Shown piece after piece: positions 28,074-37,209 of a stretch of DNA of 64,000 bases. The DNA comes from Candidatus Adlerbacteria bacterium (GTDB lineage: Bacteria > Patescibacteriota > Minisyncoccia > Phycocordibacterales > SBAW01), in assembly GCA_003135635.1 (NCBI GenBank), contig PLCJ01000001.1:8836-72835 (forward strand). Direction: 5' to 3'. The notes under the pieces were generated by a model, which saw only the letters and a program-made list of their open reading frames with translations, searched no databases and was not told the DNA's origin. Position 1 is the first letter of the stretch. Each line of letters starts with the position of its first letter. The translations under genes and the position numbers were made by a program.

Positions 28074-30008
28074 TTACACAAGCGGCTGATGTTCGATATC
28101 TTCTTTTTTCTTGGGAGTGATGCCGTGAATGATAAGAATTTTTTCGAATTCTTCGCGCTCGAGCGTCTCTACTTCAACAAGTCGCTTGGCGATGGCGTTG
28201 AGTGCCGCACGATGATGGGTGATAATATGTTCTGCTTTTTTATACGCCTCATCGATGATACGGCGCACTTCAGTATCAATTTCTGCAGATATTTTTTCAG
28301 AATGTTCCTTTCCTTCGATACCTCCGCCAAAAAGAGCTCGTCCTCCGTCGCCGGCGAGCGCTATCGTGCCCATTTTCTCACTCATCCCATAGCGGGTCAC
28401 CATATCCCGCGCCAGGGCGGTCAGTATTTGCAGATCATTGGAAGGACCAGTAGTAATATCGCCAAAGACTGTTTTTTCAGCGACGTACCCACCAAGAGAC
28501 ATCGCAATATCATCGAGAAATTCCCGCTTGCTCTGCATTCTTTTGTCTTCAAAGGGAAGCTTCAAGGTATATCCGCCCGTGCGGCCGCGGCTGATGATTG
28601 ATATCTTGTGGACCGGATCGGCATAAGGCAATACCGAAGCCACCAGCGCGTGACCCGCTTCGTGATAGGCGGTAATTTCCTTTTCTTTTTTGTTGAGTAC
28701 GTGGCTTCGTTCGGGACCGAGCATAACCTTTTCGATAGAGCGGATGAGATCGTATTGGGCAATAGTTTTACGGTTTTCCCGTGCGGCTAAAATTGCGGCT
28801 TCGTTCATAAGAGAGGAAAGATCGGCGCCGGAGAAGCCCGGGGTGCGCTCAGCAACAACTGTTAAATTAACATCCTCAGCAAACGGCTTTTTGCGGGAAT
28901 GGATGTTGAGTATATCGAGGCGATCTCTGCGATCAGGCAGATCAATAACCACCCGGCGGTCAAACCGACCCGTGCGTAAAAGTGCGGGATCAAGCACATC
29001 CGGGCGATTAGTCGCTGCCATGACAATGACCTTCTCGTTCGGTTCAAAGCCGTCCATTTCAACAAGAATCTGATTGAGCGTTTGCTCGCGCTCGTCGTTG
29101 CCCCCACCCACTCCCGTGCCGCGTACCCGGCCGACCGCGTCGATTTCATCGACAAAAATAATAGATGGAGCAGCTTTTTTTGCAGTCAAAAAAAGATCGC
29201 GCACCCGGCTTGCACCAACACCCACAAACATCTCCACAAACTCTGAGCCGGAGATGGAGAAAAACGGCACTCCTGCTTCACCGGCAACTGCACGCGCCAA
29301 AAGGGTCTTACCGGTGCCCGGCGCACCCATAAGAAGAATCCCCTTGGGAATGCGCGCTCCGATATCAAGGAATTTTTTCGGATTGCGCAGAAAATCAACC
29401 ACTTCAATCAGTTCTTCTTTTGCTTCCCGCGCACCTGCGACATCTTTAAACGTCACTCGCTGCGATTGGTCATTGGGATCAGTAACCCGCGGGCGGGATT
29501 GGCCGAAAGAGAATACCTGCATACCCGCGCCGCGCATCTGCCTGGAGAGATACCATACGAATACTACAATGAGAAGAATCGGCGCAAGAAAAGGAGCAAG
29601 GCCCGTGAGCCAAAGCTCCCAGGTACTTTCAGACTTTATTGTGAGCATCACTTTACTGAGCGCATCTTTAGACACCCCATAGTTGGCAAGTGTTTGGGAT
29701 AGAGCGGTGCCGGGTTCTTTTTTTGAGAGCTTCTCAGATTTGTCGGTGTATATAACATCGAGATCATCCCCGTTTACCGTTATCGAGGATACCGTACCGG
29801 CGCCAATGTCCGTGGCAAGTTGGGAAATGGGAATAGTTGGTGGTTGCGGCTTTACACTCCCTGTCACGTACGCATAGGCAGTTGCAAGCAGCGCGAGCAC
29901 CAGGATACTTGCGGCGAGGTTAAATAAAAAGCCATTCCGCCGCGGAGCGGGAGGAGGAGAGACCTTTTTTGGCTTTTTGGAGTCCGGCATCGCGGGGCAG
30001 TATATCAT
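28074..30008 (-). CDS. ftsH: ATP-dependent zinc metalloprotease FtsH
   Basis: Two TM, AAA+ Walker [24 protein letters not shown] zinc site; alternative start 29990. Confidence 0.93.
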   Translation of the reverse strand: MIYCPAMPDSKKPKKVSPPPAPRRNGFLFNLAASILVLALLATAYAYVTGSVKPQPPTIPISQLATDIGAGTVSSITVNGDDLDVIYTDKSEKLSKKEPGTALSQTLANYGVSKDALSKVMLTIKSESTWELWLTGLAPFLAPILLIVVFVWYLSRQMRGAGMQVFSFGQSRPRVTDPNDQSQRVTFKDVAGAREAKEELIEVVDFLRNPKKFLDIGARIPKGILLMGAPGTGKTLLARAVAGEAGVPFFSISGSEFVEMFVGVGASRVRDLFLTAKKAAPSIIFVDEIDAVGRVRGTGVGGGNDEREQTLNQILVEMDGFEPNEKVIVMAATNRPDVLDPALLRTGRFDRRVVIDLPDRRDRLDILNIHSRKKPFAEDVNLTVVAERTPGFSGADLSSLMNEAAILAARENRKTIAQYDLIRSIEKVMLGPERSHVLNKKEKEITAYHEAGHALVASVLPYADPVHKISIISRGRTGGYTLKLPFEDKRMQSKREFLDDIAMSLGGYVAEKTVFGDITTGPSNDLQILTALARDMVTRYGMSEKMGTIALAGDGGRALFGGGIEGKEHSEKISAEIDTEVRRIIDEAYKKAEHIITHHRAALNAIAKRLVEVETLEREEFEKILIIHGITPKKKEDIEHQPLV

Positions 30009-30040
30009 TTTTATGTTCTGGGTGCTACACTTTTTTCAAA

Positions 30041-30484
30041 ATGACCATCTTGGAGCATAAAAAAGCACGACTCAATTTTGAGCTGCTTGAAGAATTTGAA
30101 GCGGGTATCGAACTATTCGGGTTTGAGGTCAAAGCGTTGCGCGCAAAGCTCGGCAAACTCGATGGGTCGCATGTGATCGTGCGGGGCAAAGAGGGTTACA
30201 TAGTTGGTATGCATATCCCTCCCTACCAGCCCAAAAATACGCCAAAAGAATATGATCCCGATAGAATACGTAAATTACTTCTCACAAAAAAAGAATTAGC
30301 AGTCCTTGCTGGTTTGGAGTCGCAAAAGGGCTTGACAATAGTGCCTATTTCGGTATATACTAAAAACAGGAAATTGAAACTGCGTATCGCAGCTGCGCGC
30401 GGGAGAAAAAGATACGATAAGCGCGAAGTGCTTAAGGCACGCGATGCGAAACGAGAGATGGATCGATCATTGAAAAATCAATAA
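30041..30484 (+). CDS. smpB: SsrA-binding protein SmpB
   Basis: MTILEHKKARLNFELLEEFEAGIELFGFEVKALRAK...; start trimmed to ATG 30041. Confidence 0.9.
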   Translation: MTILEHKKARLNFELLEEFEAGIELFGFEVKALRAKLGKLDGSHVIVRGKEGYIVGMHIPPYQPKNTPKEYDPDRIRKLLLTKKELAVLAGLESQKGLTIVPISVYTKNRKLKLRIAAARGRKRYDKREVLKARDAKREMDRSLKNQ

Positions 30485-30538
30485 TCATTGGAAAGACAGT
30501 TCACTGCGAATATTGCAGGTTAGCGTCGTGCGCTCTTC

Positions 30539-30915
30539 GGGGATGCATTGTCTAGACAATAGAATCATGTGGTCGGCAGTGCGAAGTAGAAGTCCGGAAC
30601 TTCTCTAACACTCCGGAAAACTATAACTGCCAAATCAGTTAGTTCGCCGTATTTCTCGGCGAATAATTTCGCGTTCGCCTACGCTAAGGCCTAACGCGAC
30701 ACTCGCTGCACAACGCTCGTACGTGCAGGCTTGGGTGTCATAATATCGAGCTGCATTGATAAGAGCGCTTTCTCTTATTAATAAAGATTTAGAGCTTAGA
30801 TACAAAATGGTTTTGTCTGTTTTTTACATTTTGTATCGAAACTATAAATAGACTACGCTTTGTAGAAACACCACCACTTCTCTGTTGCACGCGAGCTCAC
30901 TACTCGCCATCTCCA
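30539..30915 (+). ncRNA. ssrA: tmRNA (ssrA) candidate
   Basis: 5' GGGGAUG... pairs with 3' CAUCUCC-A (G3:U wobble, tRNA-Ala identity); T-arm-like GCGAG-CTCACTA-CTCGC just before acceptor; internal ORF GCC AAA...GCC TAA (30629-30694) with B. subtilis-like ACUGCCAAAUC resume context, proposed tag ending ...ANNFAFAYAKA*; directly downstream of smpB. Confidence 0.6.
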
Positions 30916-30944
30916 CAAATAAAGTTGGAATCACTTGTTTGTGC

Positions 30945-30972
30945 TTGACAAGTTTGTATTATATGCTATGAT
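30945..30972 (+). promoter_or_regulatory. Strong sigma-70-like promoter
   Basis: cTTGACAAGT-16 nt-TATGAT, 30 nt upstream of ORF 31001. Confidence 0.6.
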
Positions 30973-31000
30973 AGCACACGCTAACATTAATTAAACAGCC

Positions 31001-31525
31001 ATGAACAAATTTCGTCATATTTCACAAGCATTTTATGGCATTGCCATTTTGGCAACAATTGTGATAGTTCCACACATGTTGTCCGTACCAGTTGCACATG
31101 CTTATGGAAGCGTTAACTCAACGGCTCCATATCTTTGCTGGAATAATTCTTCCTACTGTTCCCCAGTTGTTATTGATACAACTGGACAGTATGTCACACC
31201 TATTAACGTCGCCGGAACGTGGTCTGCTAATGAAGTTCCTGCAACTTATAATGACGTACCTGTGACAATAAACCTTCCGTCCTCGACTGTTACACCTGTT
31301 GGTGAGAGCCCGATCATTATTCCTCCCACCACCTGTGGGACTTATAATTGCATTCCTTCTCATCAAAATTGTATACGTGGCGTTGACTACATCAATGGCT
31401 GCATTAACTATTGCGGAATCGATAATTGTATTCCTCACAATTATAACTACTGTCTCGCGAGCATTGACGGTTGTGTATGGAATAATCCTTGGAACAATTC
31501 GTGGGTGAACAACTATAACTACTAG
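31001..31525 (+). CDS. Secreted Cys- and Asn-rich small protein (174 aa), unknown function
   Basis: Signal peptide ...VAHAYG; 10 Cys with repeated C-I-P-(S/H) and NxxC motifs; C-terminal WNNPWNNSWVNNYNY. Confidence 0.65.
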   Translation: MNKFRHISQAFYGIAILATIVIVPHMLSVPVAHAYGSVNSTAPYLCWNNSSYCSPVVIDTTGQYVTPINVAGTWSANEVPATYNDVPVTINLPSSTVTPVGESPIIIPPTTCGTYNCIPSHQNCIRGVDYINGCINYCGIDNCIPHNYNYCLASIDGCVWNNPWNNSWVNNYNY

Positions 31526-31705
31526 AATTATTATCCTTTTACTGTTAGTCAAAACTGCCCCTAGGGGTAGTTTTGATTTACAAACGATATATATTCATCG
31601 CACTAGTCACTAAGACAGGTTCTAACTTGGTCAACTCATCTCCACAGATAAAATAGCCTTATTTTATAAGGCTCTATAGAGTCAGATCCTTCGTGCACAC
31701 TACAC

Positions 31706-31733
31706 TTGACAAGTAAGCATTATACGATACAAT
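31706..31733 (+). promoter_or_regulatory. Strong sigma-70-like promoter (same extended -35 as 30945)
   Basis: cTTGACAAGT-16 nt-TACAAT upstream of ORF 31762. Confidence 0.6.
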
Positions 31734-31761
31734 ATAAACCTCAATCTTGGCTTAGAGCTTT

Positions 31762-33471
31762 ATGAATTCTCGCTATATTTCCAAACTATTTTACGGAGTC
31801 ACAGTTCTTTGCGTAGTTGTCTTTTCTGTCTCGGTAGCAAGCAGCGTACAGGCGCAGCAACTGCCTATATCGGGCACGCTTACCTGCACCTCTCTTTCTT
31901 ATAACCTCCGGGAAGGATCTACTGATGCATATACGGGCGGAGAGGTAAGTAGATTACAGACCTTTTTGAATCAGGAAAACTATTTTCCCTATGCGGCAGT
32001 AGGTATCTTTGGTCCAGTAACGTATACATCCGTACGAAATTTTCAAGCGGCCCACGGCATATCTAGTACAGGATACGTTGGACCGATAACGAGAGCCGCG
32101 ATTCAACAAATGTCTTGCGGGGGCGCTACGAATATTCCAACGTCAGGTCTTTCACTCCAGTCGTTATCGCCTAATTTAGTAGCGATAGGAAATACGGTAA
32201 CGCTATATGGTACAGGATTTACTTCTGACAATACCATTCTCCTTGCGAGCGGGGCGATTGCTCACGTAGCTTCATATAATGGGACTTCTCTTTCCTTTAC
32301 TGTGCCAAGCACCATCGGGCCAGATTGCTCGGGAACCACTCTGTGTCCAGATTGGATAAGACAGCTTACTCCCGGCACATATAACGTATCTATTGAAAAT
32401 ACATACGGCACTAGCAACACACTGACGTTAACAATTACAGCAAACGGAATAATTCAAGGGGGATATCAATCTCCTGTCATCTCTAGTATCAGCGCTCCTA
32501 CACAATTAACTGTAGGTCAAACAGGAACGTGGACTGTCTATGCCACTAGTCAAACGCAAAATGGGCAGCAACTGAACTATGCAGTTAATTGGGGTGATGG
32601 ATCAAATAATCCATACTCTCAAAACTTCTCTGCTTCAACGGTGTCTTCTGGAACATTTACCCATGCGTATAGTAGTCCAGGCACCTATACTTCCACTTTT
32701 ACAGTCACGGATAGCAATGGTCAATCAAACTCAGCAAGTGCTTCAGTCATAGTGAGTGGACAGCAAAACCAAACTTCAAGCCTGTACATTCAATCACTCT
32801 CACCTTCTTCAGGAGTTGTTGGAACTACGGTGACTATATATGGCTCTGGTTTTACCTCTAATGACACGGTCAACTTCCAAGGCCAAGGAAACGCTTACGT
32901 GAGTTCTGTATCTAGTAATGGGACTTCTCTTTCCTTTACTGTGCCAAGCACATTGACTCAAACTGGATCGGTGACCGGAACTGGATACTGTGCGGTTTCT
33001 TGGACCTGTTCCTATCCTCCTACGAGTCCAGGAATATATAACGTCTCAGTCACAAATGGAAATGTTACCAGCAATGCGCTCCCTTTCACTGTTACCACTG
33101 GCAGTACTAGTAATATTTCTGCCACTCCTTCCATCCAATCACTTTCACCAATATCAGGAATAGTAGGAACAATCGTGACAATATATGGATCAGGATTTAC
33201 TTCTAATGATGTTATAGATTTTGGTACCACTGTATTTTCAGCAGACGTCCTCAATCCCATATCTATATCTAACGATGGAACGAGCATCTCTTTCACTATC
33301 CCGAGTACATGGTCGTCGGGGTTTCTCTGCCCCACAGATATTGTGTGCTCTCCAGTTTTTATAGTTCCAGGAACTTACGGTGTATGGGTTGCCAATATTA
33401 GTACAAACAAGATAAGTAACGCTCTTAGCTTCACCGTCATCAGCTCGGGACAAACGAGAACTCTTCAATAA
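31762..33471 (+). CDS. Secreted wall-associated protein: N-terminal peptidoglycan-binding domain + three IPT/TIG-like repeats + PKD-like domain
   Basis: Signal peptide; LQTFLNQENYFPYAAVGIFGPVTYTSVRNFQAAHGI; repeats IQSLSPxSGxVGTxVTIYGSGFTSND...NGTSLSFTVPST x3; NWGDGS...THAYSSPGTYTSTFTVTDSNG PKD signature. Confidence 0.75.
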   Translation: MNSRYISKLFYGVTVLCVVVFSVSVASSVQAQQLPISGTLTCTSLSYNLREGSTDAYTGGEVSRLQTFLNQENYFPYAAVGIFGPVTYTSVRNFQAAHGISSTGYVGPITRAAIQQMSCGGATNIPTSGLSLQSLSPNLVAIGNTVTLYGTGFTSDNTILLASGAIAHVASYNGTSLSFTVPSTIGPDCSGTTLCPDWIRQLTPGTYNVSIENTYGTSNTLTLTITANGIIQGGYQSPVISSISAPTQLTVGQTGTWTVYATSQTQNGQQLNYAVNWGDGSNNPYSQNFSASTVSSGTFTHAYSSPGTYTSTFTVTDSNGQSNSASASVIVSGQQNQTSSLYIQSLSPSSGVVGTTVTIYGSGFTSNDTVNFQGQGNAYVSSVSSNGTSLSFTVPSTLTQTGSVTGTGYCAVSWTCSYPPTSPGIYNVSVTNGNVTSNALPFTVTTGSTSNISATPSIQSLSPISGIVGTIVTIYGSGFTSNDVIDFGTTVFSADVLNPISISNDGTSISFTIPSTWSSGFLCPTDIVCSPVFIVPGTYGVWVANISTNKISNALSFTVISSGQTRTLQ

Positions 33472-33571
33472 GAAGCTTCTTTTCGACTTCGTAGAGGCAG
33501 CCTTATTTTCACTATTTCTATAGTGAGTATAGGAGTAGTGAAAGAATATTTATTGGTTGTATAATTGAGCT

Positions 33572-33952
33572 ATGAATAAAACTTCTTTTCTCATTTTGAG
33601 AGTGGGGCTGGCTATTACTTTTATTTGGGTGAGTGTATTGATTTTTAGGCAACCAGAAACTTGGGGAAGTCTTATACAACCTTGGGCACTTAAACTGCTG
33701 CCCATTCCGCTTGTACAGATAATGATGGGAACTGCACTATTGGATATGGTCATCGGTATATTATTTTTCTTTGGTCGAACTGCGTGGATTGCAGGCCTGC
33801 TGGGATTCCTGCACCTTGTGACCGTCCTTGTAGCAACTGGAATCAACGACATAACCGTTCGAGACATCGGACTTCTTGCCGCTTCCCTTGCCGTTATGAT
33901 TACCTCACTGCCTCCATCTGTGAGAAACTTATTTGCTAAAACAAGAATATAG
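33572..33952 (+). CDS. Small polytopic membrane protein (DoxX-like?)
   Basis: 4 predicted TM helices; no catalytic motif. Confidence 0.5.
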   Translation: MNKTSFLILRVGLAITFIWVSVLIFRQPETWGSLIQPWALKLLPIPLVQIMMGTALLDMVIGILFFFGRTAWIAGLLGFLHLVTVLVATGINDITVRDIGLLAASLAVMITSLPPSVRNLFAKTRI

Positions 33953-34032
33953 ACACCCACCTCTGAGGGGCTGTGGATGTCTGTATGTGTTAAAATATTC
34001 CTTAATTATATATTAGCCAATAAATAACTCGT

Positions 34033-34341
34033 ATGATTTTTTTCCTTATCCTTGGCATTATTCTCGGTGCAATTTCAGTAGTTTTTCTCTTGCAGAATAT
34101 CACTGTGGTTACGGTGGCATTCTTAACCTGGCAGATTCAAGGTTCACTAGCTGTGGTATTATTTCTCGCTATTTTGTGTGGGGCGATAATGGCTTTGTTG
34201 TTTTTGCTCCCCAGCTTTATTAGCGATGCTTTGTATCTCTCTGCAATAAAAAAGCGGAAAAAGGAACTTGAAGATGAGCTTGCGGATACTAAGCATGCTT
34301 TAGAAAATGCAACCTCTCACACCGAGACTTCTATCCTCTAG
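34033..34341 (+). CDS. LapA/DUF1049-like membrane protein
   Basis: Two TM helices then KKRKKELEDELADTKHALENA coiled coil. Confidence 0.5.
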   Translation: MIFFLILGIILGAISVVFLLQNITVVTVAFLTWQIQGSLAVVLFLAILCGAIMALLFLLPSFISDALYLSAIKKRKKELEDELADTKHALENATSHTETSIL

Positions 34342-34389
34342 TACAAGGCTATCTCCCACTACAAAAGGACGAATACCGTAAGGAGTAAG

Positions 34390-34917
34390 CTATCGTATAC
34401 CAGTATCGATACTGATAGCGACTGTTGAAACTTGTCCCGTAGTAATAATAAGAGTTGTTGGTACCCCTCGCACGCCACCAATCGATTGGTGTTGTATGTC
34501 AATAAAATATGTACCTGTAGGAAGAGTTGCGGAAAAATTACCGTTTGCATCAGGAATGAGCGTCGTGATGAGCTTCGACCTGTCAGAAGAGTAGACAAAG
34601 ACCGTGTGTGCGGCATACATCTGAGGTGTTGGGTTACACGGATGACCAACTTGCTCAACAGGACAAATTGGTCCGATGGTCATAGTTCCTTGAAGAACAC
34701 CGTTTCCTTTTTCTTGCAGTGGTGGGGGGCAAGCTGCAAATGCACAGTCTGGACCTGTTCGACCGACATAGCTTCCATCAGGACACTGCTTTGCTTCCTG
34801 AGTACACGCAACTGGATGTGGGGAATTATTGAAAAAATAAACTGTCCATAAAACGCCGCCAATTATTAAGATAATTGCGAGAAGCAAAATAGCATGCCAC
34901 TTCCCCATCCAAGCCAT
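34390..34917 (-). CDS. Membrane-anchored extracytoplasmic protein, unknown function
   Basis: N-terminal TM (AILLLAIILIIGGVLWTVYFF), Cys pairs, beta-rich C-terminal domain. Confidence 0.5.
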   Translation of the reverse strand: MAWMGKWHAILLLAIILIIGGVLWTVYFFNNSPHPVACTQEAKQCPDGSYVGRTGPDCAFAACPPPLQEKGNGVLQGTMTIGPICPVEQVGHPCNPTPQMYAAHTVFVYSSDRSKLITTLIPDANGNFSATLPTGTYFIDIQHQSIGGVRGVPTTLIITTGQVSTVAISIDTGIR

Positions 34918-35027
34918 ATGGTTTTAATGGTATCACTTGTTTTTAGCTCTTGGAGTAGATTCGAGCATCGCTCAAGACAAAGAGTAAGTGAGATCTCATC
35001 TTGAAGTATTCCGCATTGAGTCGTTCA

Positions 35028-35336
35028 TTACACTCTATCCATAGAACTGAAAATGAATGAGAAAAGCTGAATGATAAGCCAGCCCAAAATGGCGTAGCAG
35101 ATCATGGCCAAAACGATTGAGAGGTTAATCACTGAGTTGCCTCCGATGAATAGCCCCGGGAAGGCTCCTACAAAGGGACCTGCGAGTCTATCGGTGACTT
35201 CATAGAGCCATGCGATGAATTGTGCTGCTGGACTTGCACCGAACAATTGCAATGCCAGCCGCAGAGCGAAGAGAGCTTCAATGATTCCGATAATTGTGTT
35301 GACCAGTCGCATTATAAAAGTTGCCATGATAATCAT
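35028..35336 (-). CDS. YggT family membrane protein
   Basis: ~100 aa, two TM helices, YggT-like LRLALQLFG motif. Confidence 0.6.
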   Translation of the reverse strand: MIIMATFIMRLVNTIIGIIEALFALRLALQLFGASPAAQFIAWLYEVTDRLAGPFVGAFPGLFIGGNSVINLSIVLAMICYAILGWLIIQLFSFIFSSMDRV

Positions 35337-35498
35337 TATACTCCAGATACTATTTAGTAGCCTAGGTTAATACTTCTACTTCCTGAACCTTAAACTTGAG
35401 AGAAATTTGTTCTACTTTGCACACTAGCGTTCGTACTGGATGAGAATAGTTGCCTCTTATATTTTTCTTTGATATAGTCTCTCACATCAGCTACTATT

Positions 35499-36011
35499 TT
35501 GGATACTCGAATTAATCACCAGATCCGTGCGAAAGAAGTGCGTGTCATCGGTCCTGAAGGAGAGAACTTCGGGGTGCTGGCGCTGAGCGAAGCCTTGGGA
35601 CAAGCAGAGAGTTTTGGACTTGACCTTATTGAAATTTCTCCAAACGCCAACCCTCCCGTTGCAAAAATAATGGAGTATGGTAAATTCCATTACGAACAGG
35701 AGAAAAAACGCCGAGAGATGAAGGCGAAATCCCATGCCACCGAGACCAAAAATGTACAGGTCAAAATCGGCACGGGTGATCATGACTTAACACTCAAGGC
35801 AAAAAAAGCTGCCGATTGGCTTAATGAAGGCCACCGTGTCAAAGTGAATCTTTTTCTCTGGGGTCGGTACAAGTACATGGAATTTGATTTCCTAAAAGGA
35901 CGGCTAGAGCGATTTTTGAAACTGATTCCGTATGAATATAAGTTGGGAGAGCCGATAGCAAAAAGCCCGAAGGGGCTCTCTGCCGTCATAGAAAGAGACA
36001 CTAAAAAGTAA
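35499..36011 (+). CDS. infC: Translation initiation factor IF-3
   Basis: INHQIRAKEVRVIGPEGENFGVL...IEISPNANPPVAKIMEYGKF; non-ATG start (TTG at 35499 or ATT at 35496) as in other infC genes. Confidence 0.9.
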   Translation: MDTRINHQIRAKEVRVIGPEGENFGVLALSEALGQAESFGLDLIEISPNANPPVAKIMEYGKFHYEQEKKRREMKAKSHATETKNVQVKIGTGDHDLTLKAKKAADWLNEGHRVKVNLFLWGRYKYMEFDFLKGRLERFLKLIPYEYKLGEPIAKSPKGLSAVIERDTKK

Positions 36012-36013
36012 TT

Positions 36014-36202
36014 ATGAAAACGACTAAAGCATTTACCAAACGCCTCAAGCTCACGCGCCGGGGCAAAATCGTAGCGCGCAAGCCTGGTCAAAATCATTTC
36101 AACGCAAAGGAAAGCCGTTCTGGCCACATGAACCGCCGACGTACGCAAAATATTTCATTAACCAAGAAAGTGATGCAGCGATACATCGACATCGTTAAAT
36201 AA
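36014..36202 (+). CDS. rpmI: 50S ribosomal protein L35
   Basis: MKTTKAFTKRLKLTRRGKIVARKPGQNHFNAKES. Confidence 0.9.
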   Translation: MKTTKAFTKRLKLTRRGKIVARKPGQNHFNAKESRSGHMNRRRTQNISLTKKVMQRYIDIVK

Positions 36203-36207
36203 AAAAT

Positions 36208-36558
36208 ATGGCACGCGTAAAAGGAGGAAAAACATCAAGTAAACGACGCCGCAACGTGCTTCGTATGGTGAAGGGATACCGCTTTGCCCGCAGTAAAAAG
36301 GAACGCGCGGCGCGAGAAGCGATCTTTCATGCGGGCAAATACGCCTTCGCCCACCGTAGAGACAAGAAAAATGATTTTCGCAAACTCTGGAACGTGCGCA
36401 TCAACGGTGGCCTTGACGCCATGAATACAAAACTTTCCTATAGTAAACTCATCAATGCCCTGAAGGTAAAAAAGGTATTGGTAAACCGCAAGATGCTCGC
36501 GGAGCTTGCCGAGAAGCGGCCGGAGAGCTTTATGCGGATCATTAAACAGGTTTCCTGA
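36208..36558 (+). CDS. rplT: 50S ribosomal protein L20
   Basis: MARVKGGKTSSKRRRNVLRMVKGYRF... Confidence 0.92.
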   Translation: MARVKGGKTSSKRRRNVLRMVKGYRFARSKKERAAREAIFHAGKYAFAHRRDKKNDFRKLWNVRINGGLDAMNTKLSYSKLINALKVKKVLVNRKMLAELAEKRPESFMRIIKQVS

Positions 36559-37192
36559 AAGCCTGATCCGGGGCTTTTTCGTATGGGGCAGGCGCCTCTG
36601 CTGATTGTTCAAAACGAAATGAGGCGCGATTAATTCTGTCTTTATTAACAAGCTCCACGACGCGTTCAACAAGTGCCTTGGGGTCGGTATCAAACACGAT
36701 ACAATCGTTCGGACGATGTCCGTTTCGCAAGATATCTTTAATAACCTCATCCGTTTCCCAGCCTGCTTCATATACACCGATGGGTTTTTGATCTTCAAAC
36801 GCAACCGTAAACTCATGTATTGTGCCGATACGCCCACATCCAAAAAAAAGAGCGTCACACGAACGGGTAAAGACAAGATCTCGGCCAGGATACCCAAAAC
36901 CGGTGTATACAATGACATCCAGATACTCAATAGGAAGGTTATAAGTTTCAATGTGTTCCTTCTCCGAGCTTGCGGGAGAAAAGCCCAACGTAAATCCTCC
37001 AGCCTCTTTTGCTCCCATAGCCGCCCATAGCGGAAATCCCGTGGTAGCCCCGTTTATAAGAATGGCTTTGTGGGAAGCAATTATTTTGCCGAGCTCTATT
37101 CCTTTGTCGTATGCATCGGCGCCACAATGGCCGGTTTCTGCCGCCCCTGAGACACCAAATTTCATCTGGAGGTATTGCTGACTTGTATTCAT
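36542..37192 (-). CDS. TIGR00725/SLOG-family Rossmann-fold protein (LOG-like), unknown function
   Basis: MKFGVSGAAETGHCGADAYDKGIELGKIIASHKAILINGATTGFP. Confidence 0.55.
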   Translation of the reverse strand: MNTSQQYLQMKFGVSGAAETGHCGADAYDKGIELGKIIASHKAILINGATTGFPLWAAMGAKEAGGFTLGFSPASSEKEHIETYNLPIEYLDVIVYTGFGYPGRDLVFTRSCDALFFGCGRIGTIHEFTVAFEDQKPIGVYEAGWETDEVIKDILRNGHRPNDCIVFDTDPKALVERVVELVNKDRINRASFRFEQSAEAPAPYEKAPDQAFRKPV

Positions 37193-37209
37193 ACTGCTTC
37201 TTAAGTCTA

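Noticed and set aside
30629-30694. Treating the tmRNA tag frame as certain
   Set aside because: The frame was chosen by analogy to B. subtilis resume context. A tag ending AKA is unusual, so the exact resume codon remains unverified.
31762-33471. Diversity-generating retroelement (template/variable repeat) suggested by the exact 38-nt repeat
   Set aside because: There is no reverse transcriptase gene in the window. The two copies are identical rather than adenine-mutagenised, and both lie in-frame in homologous domain repeats of the same gene.
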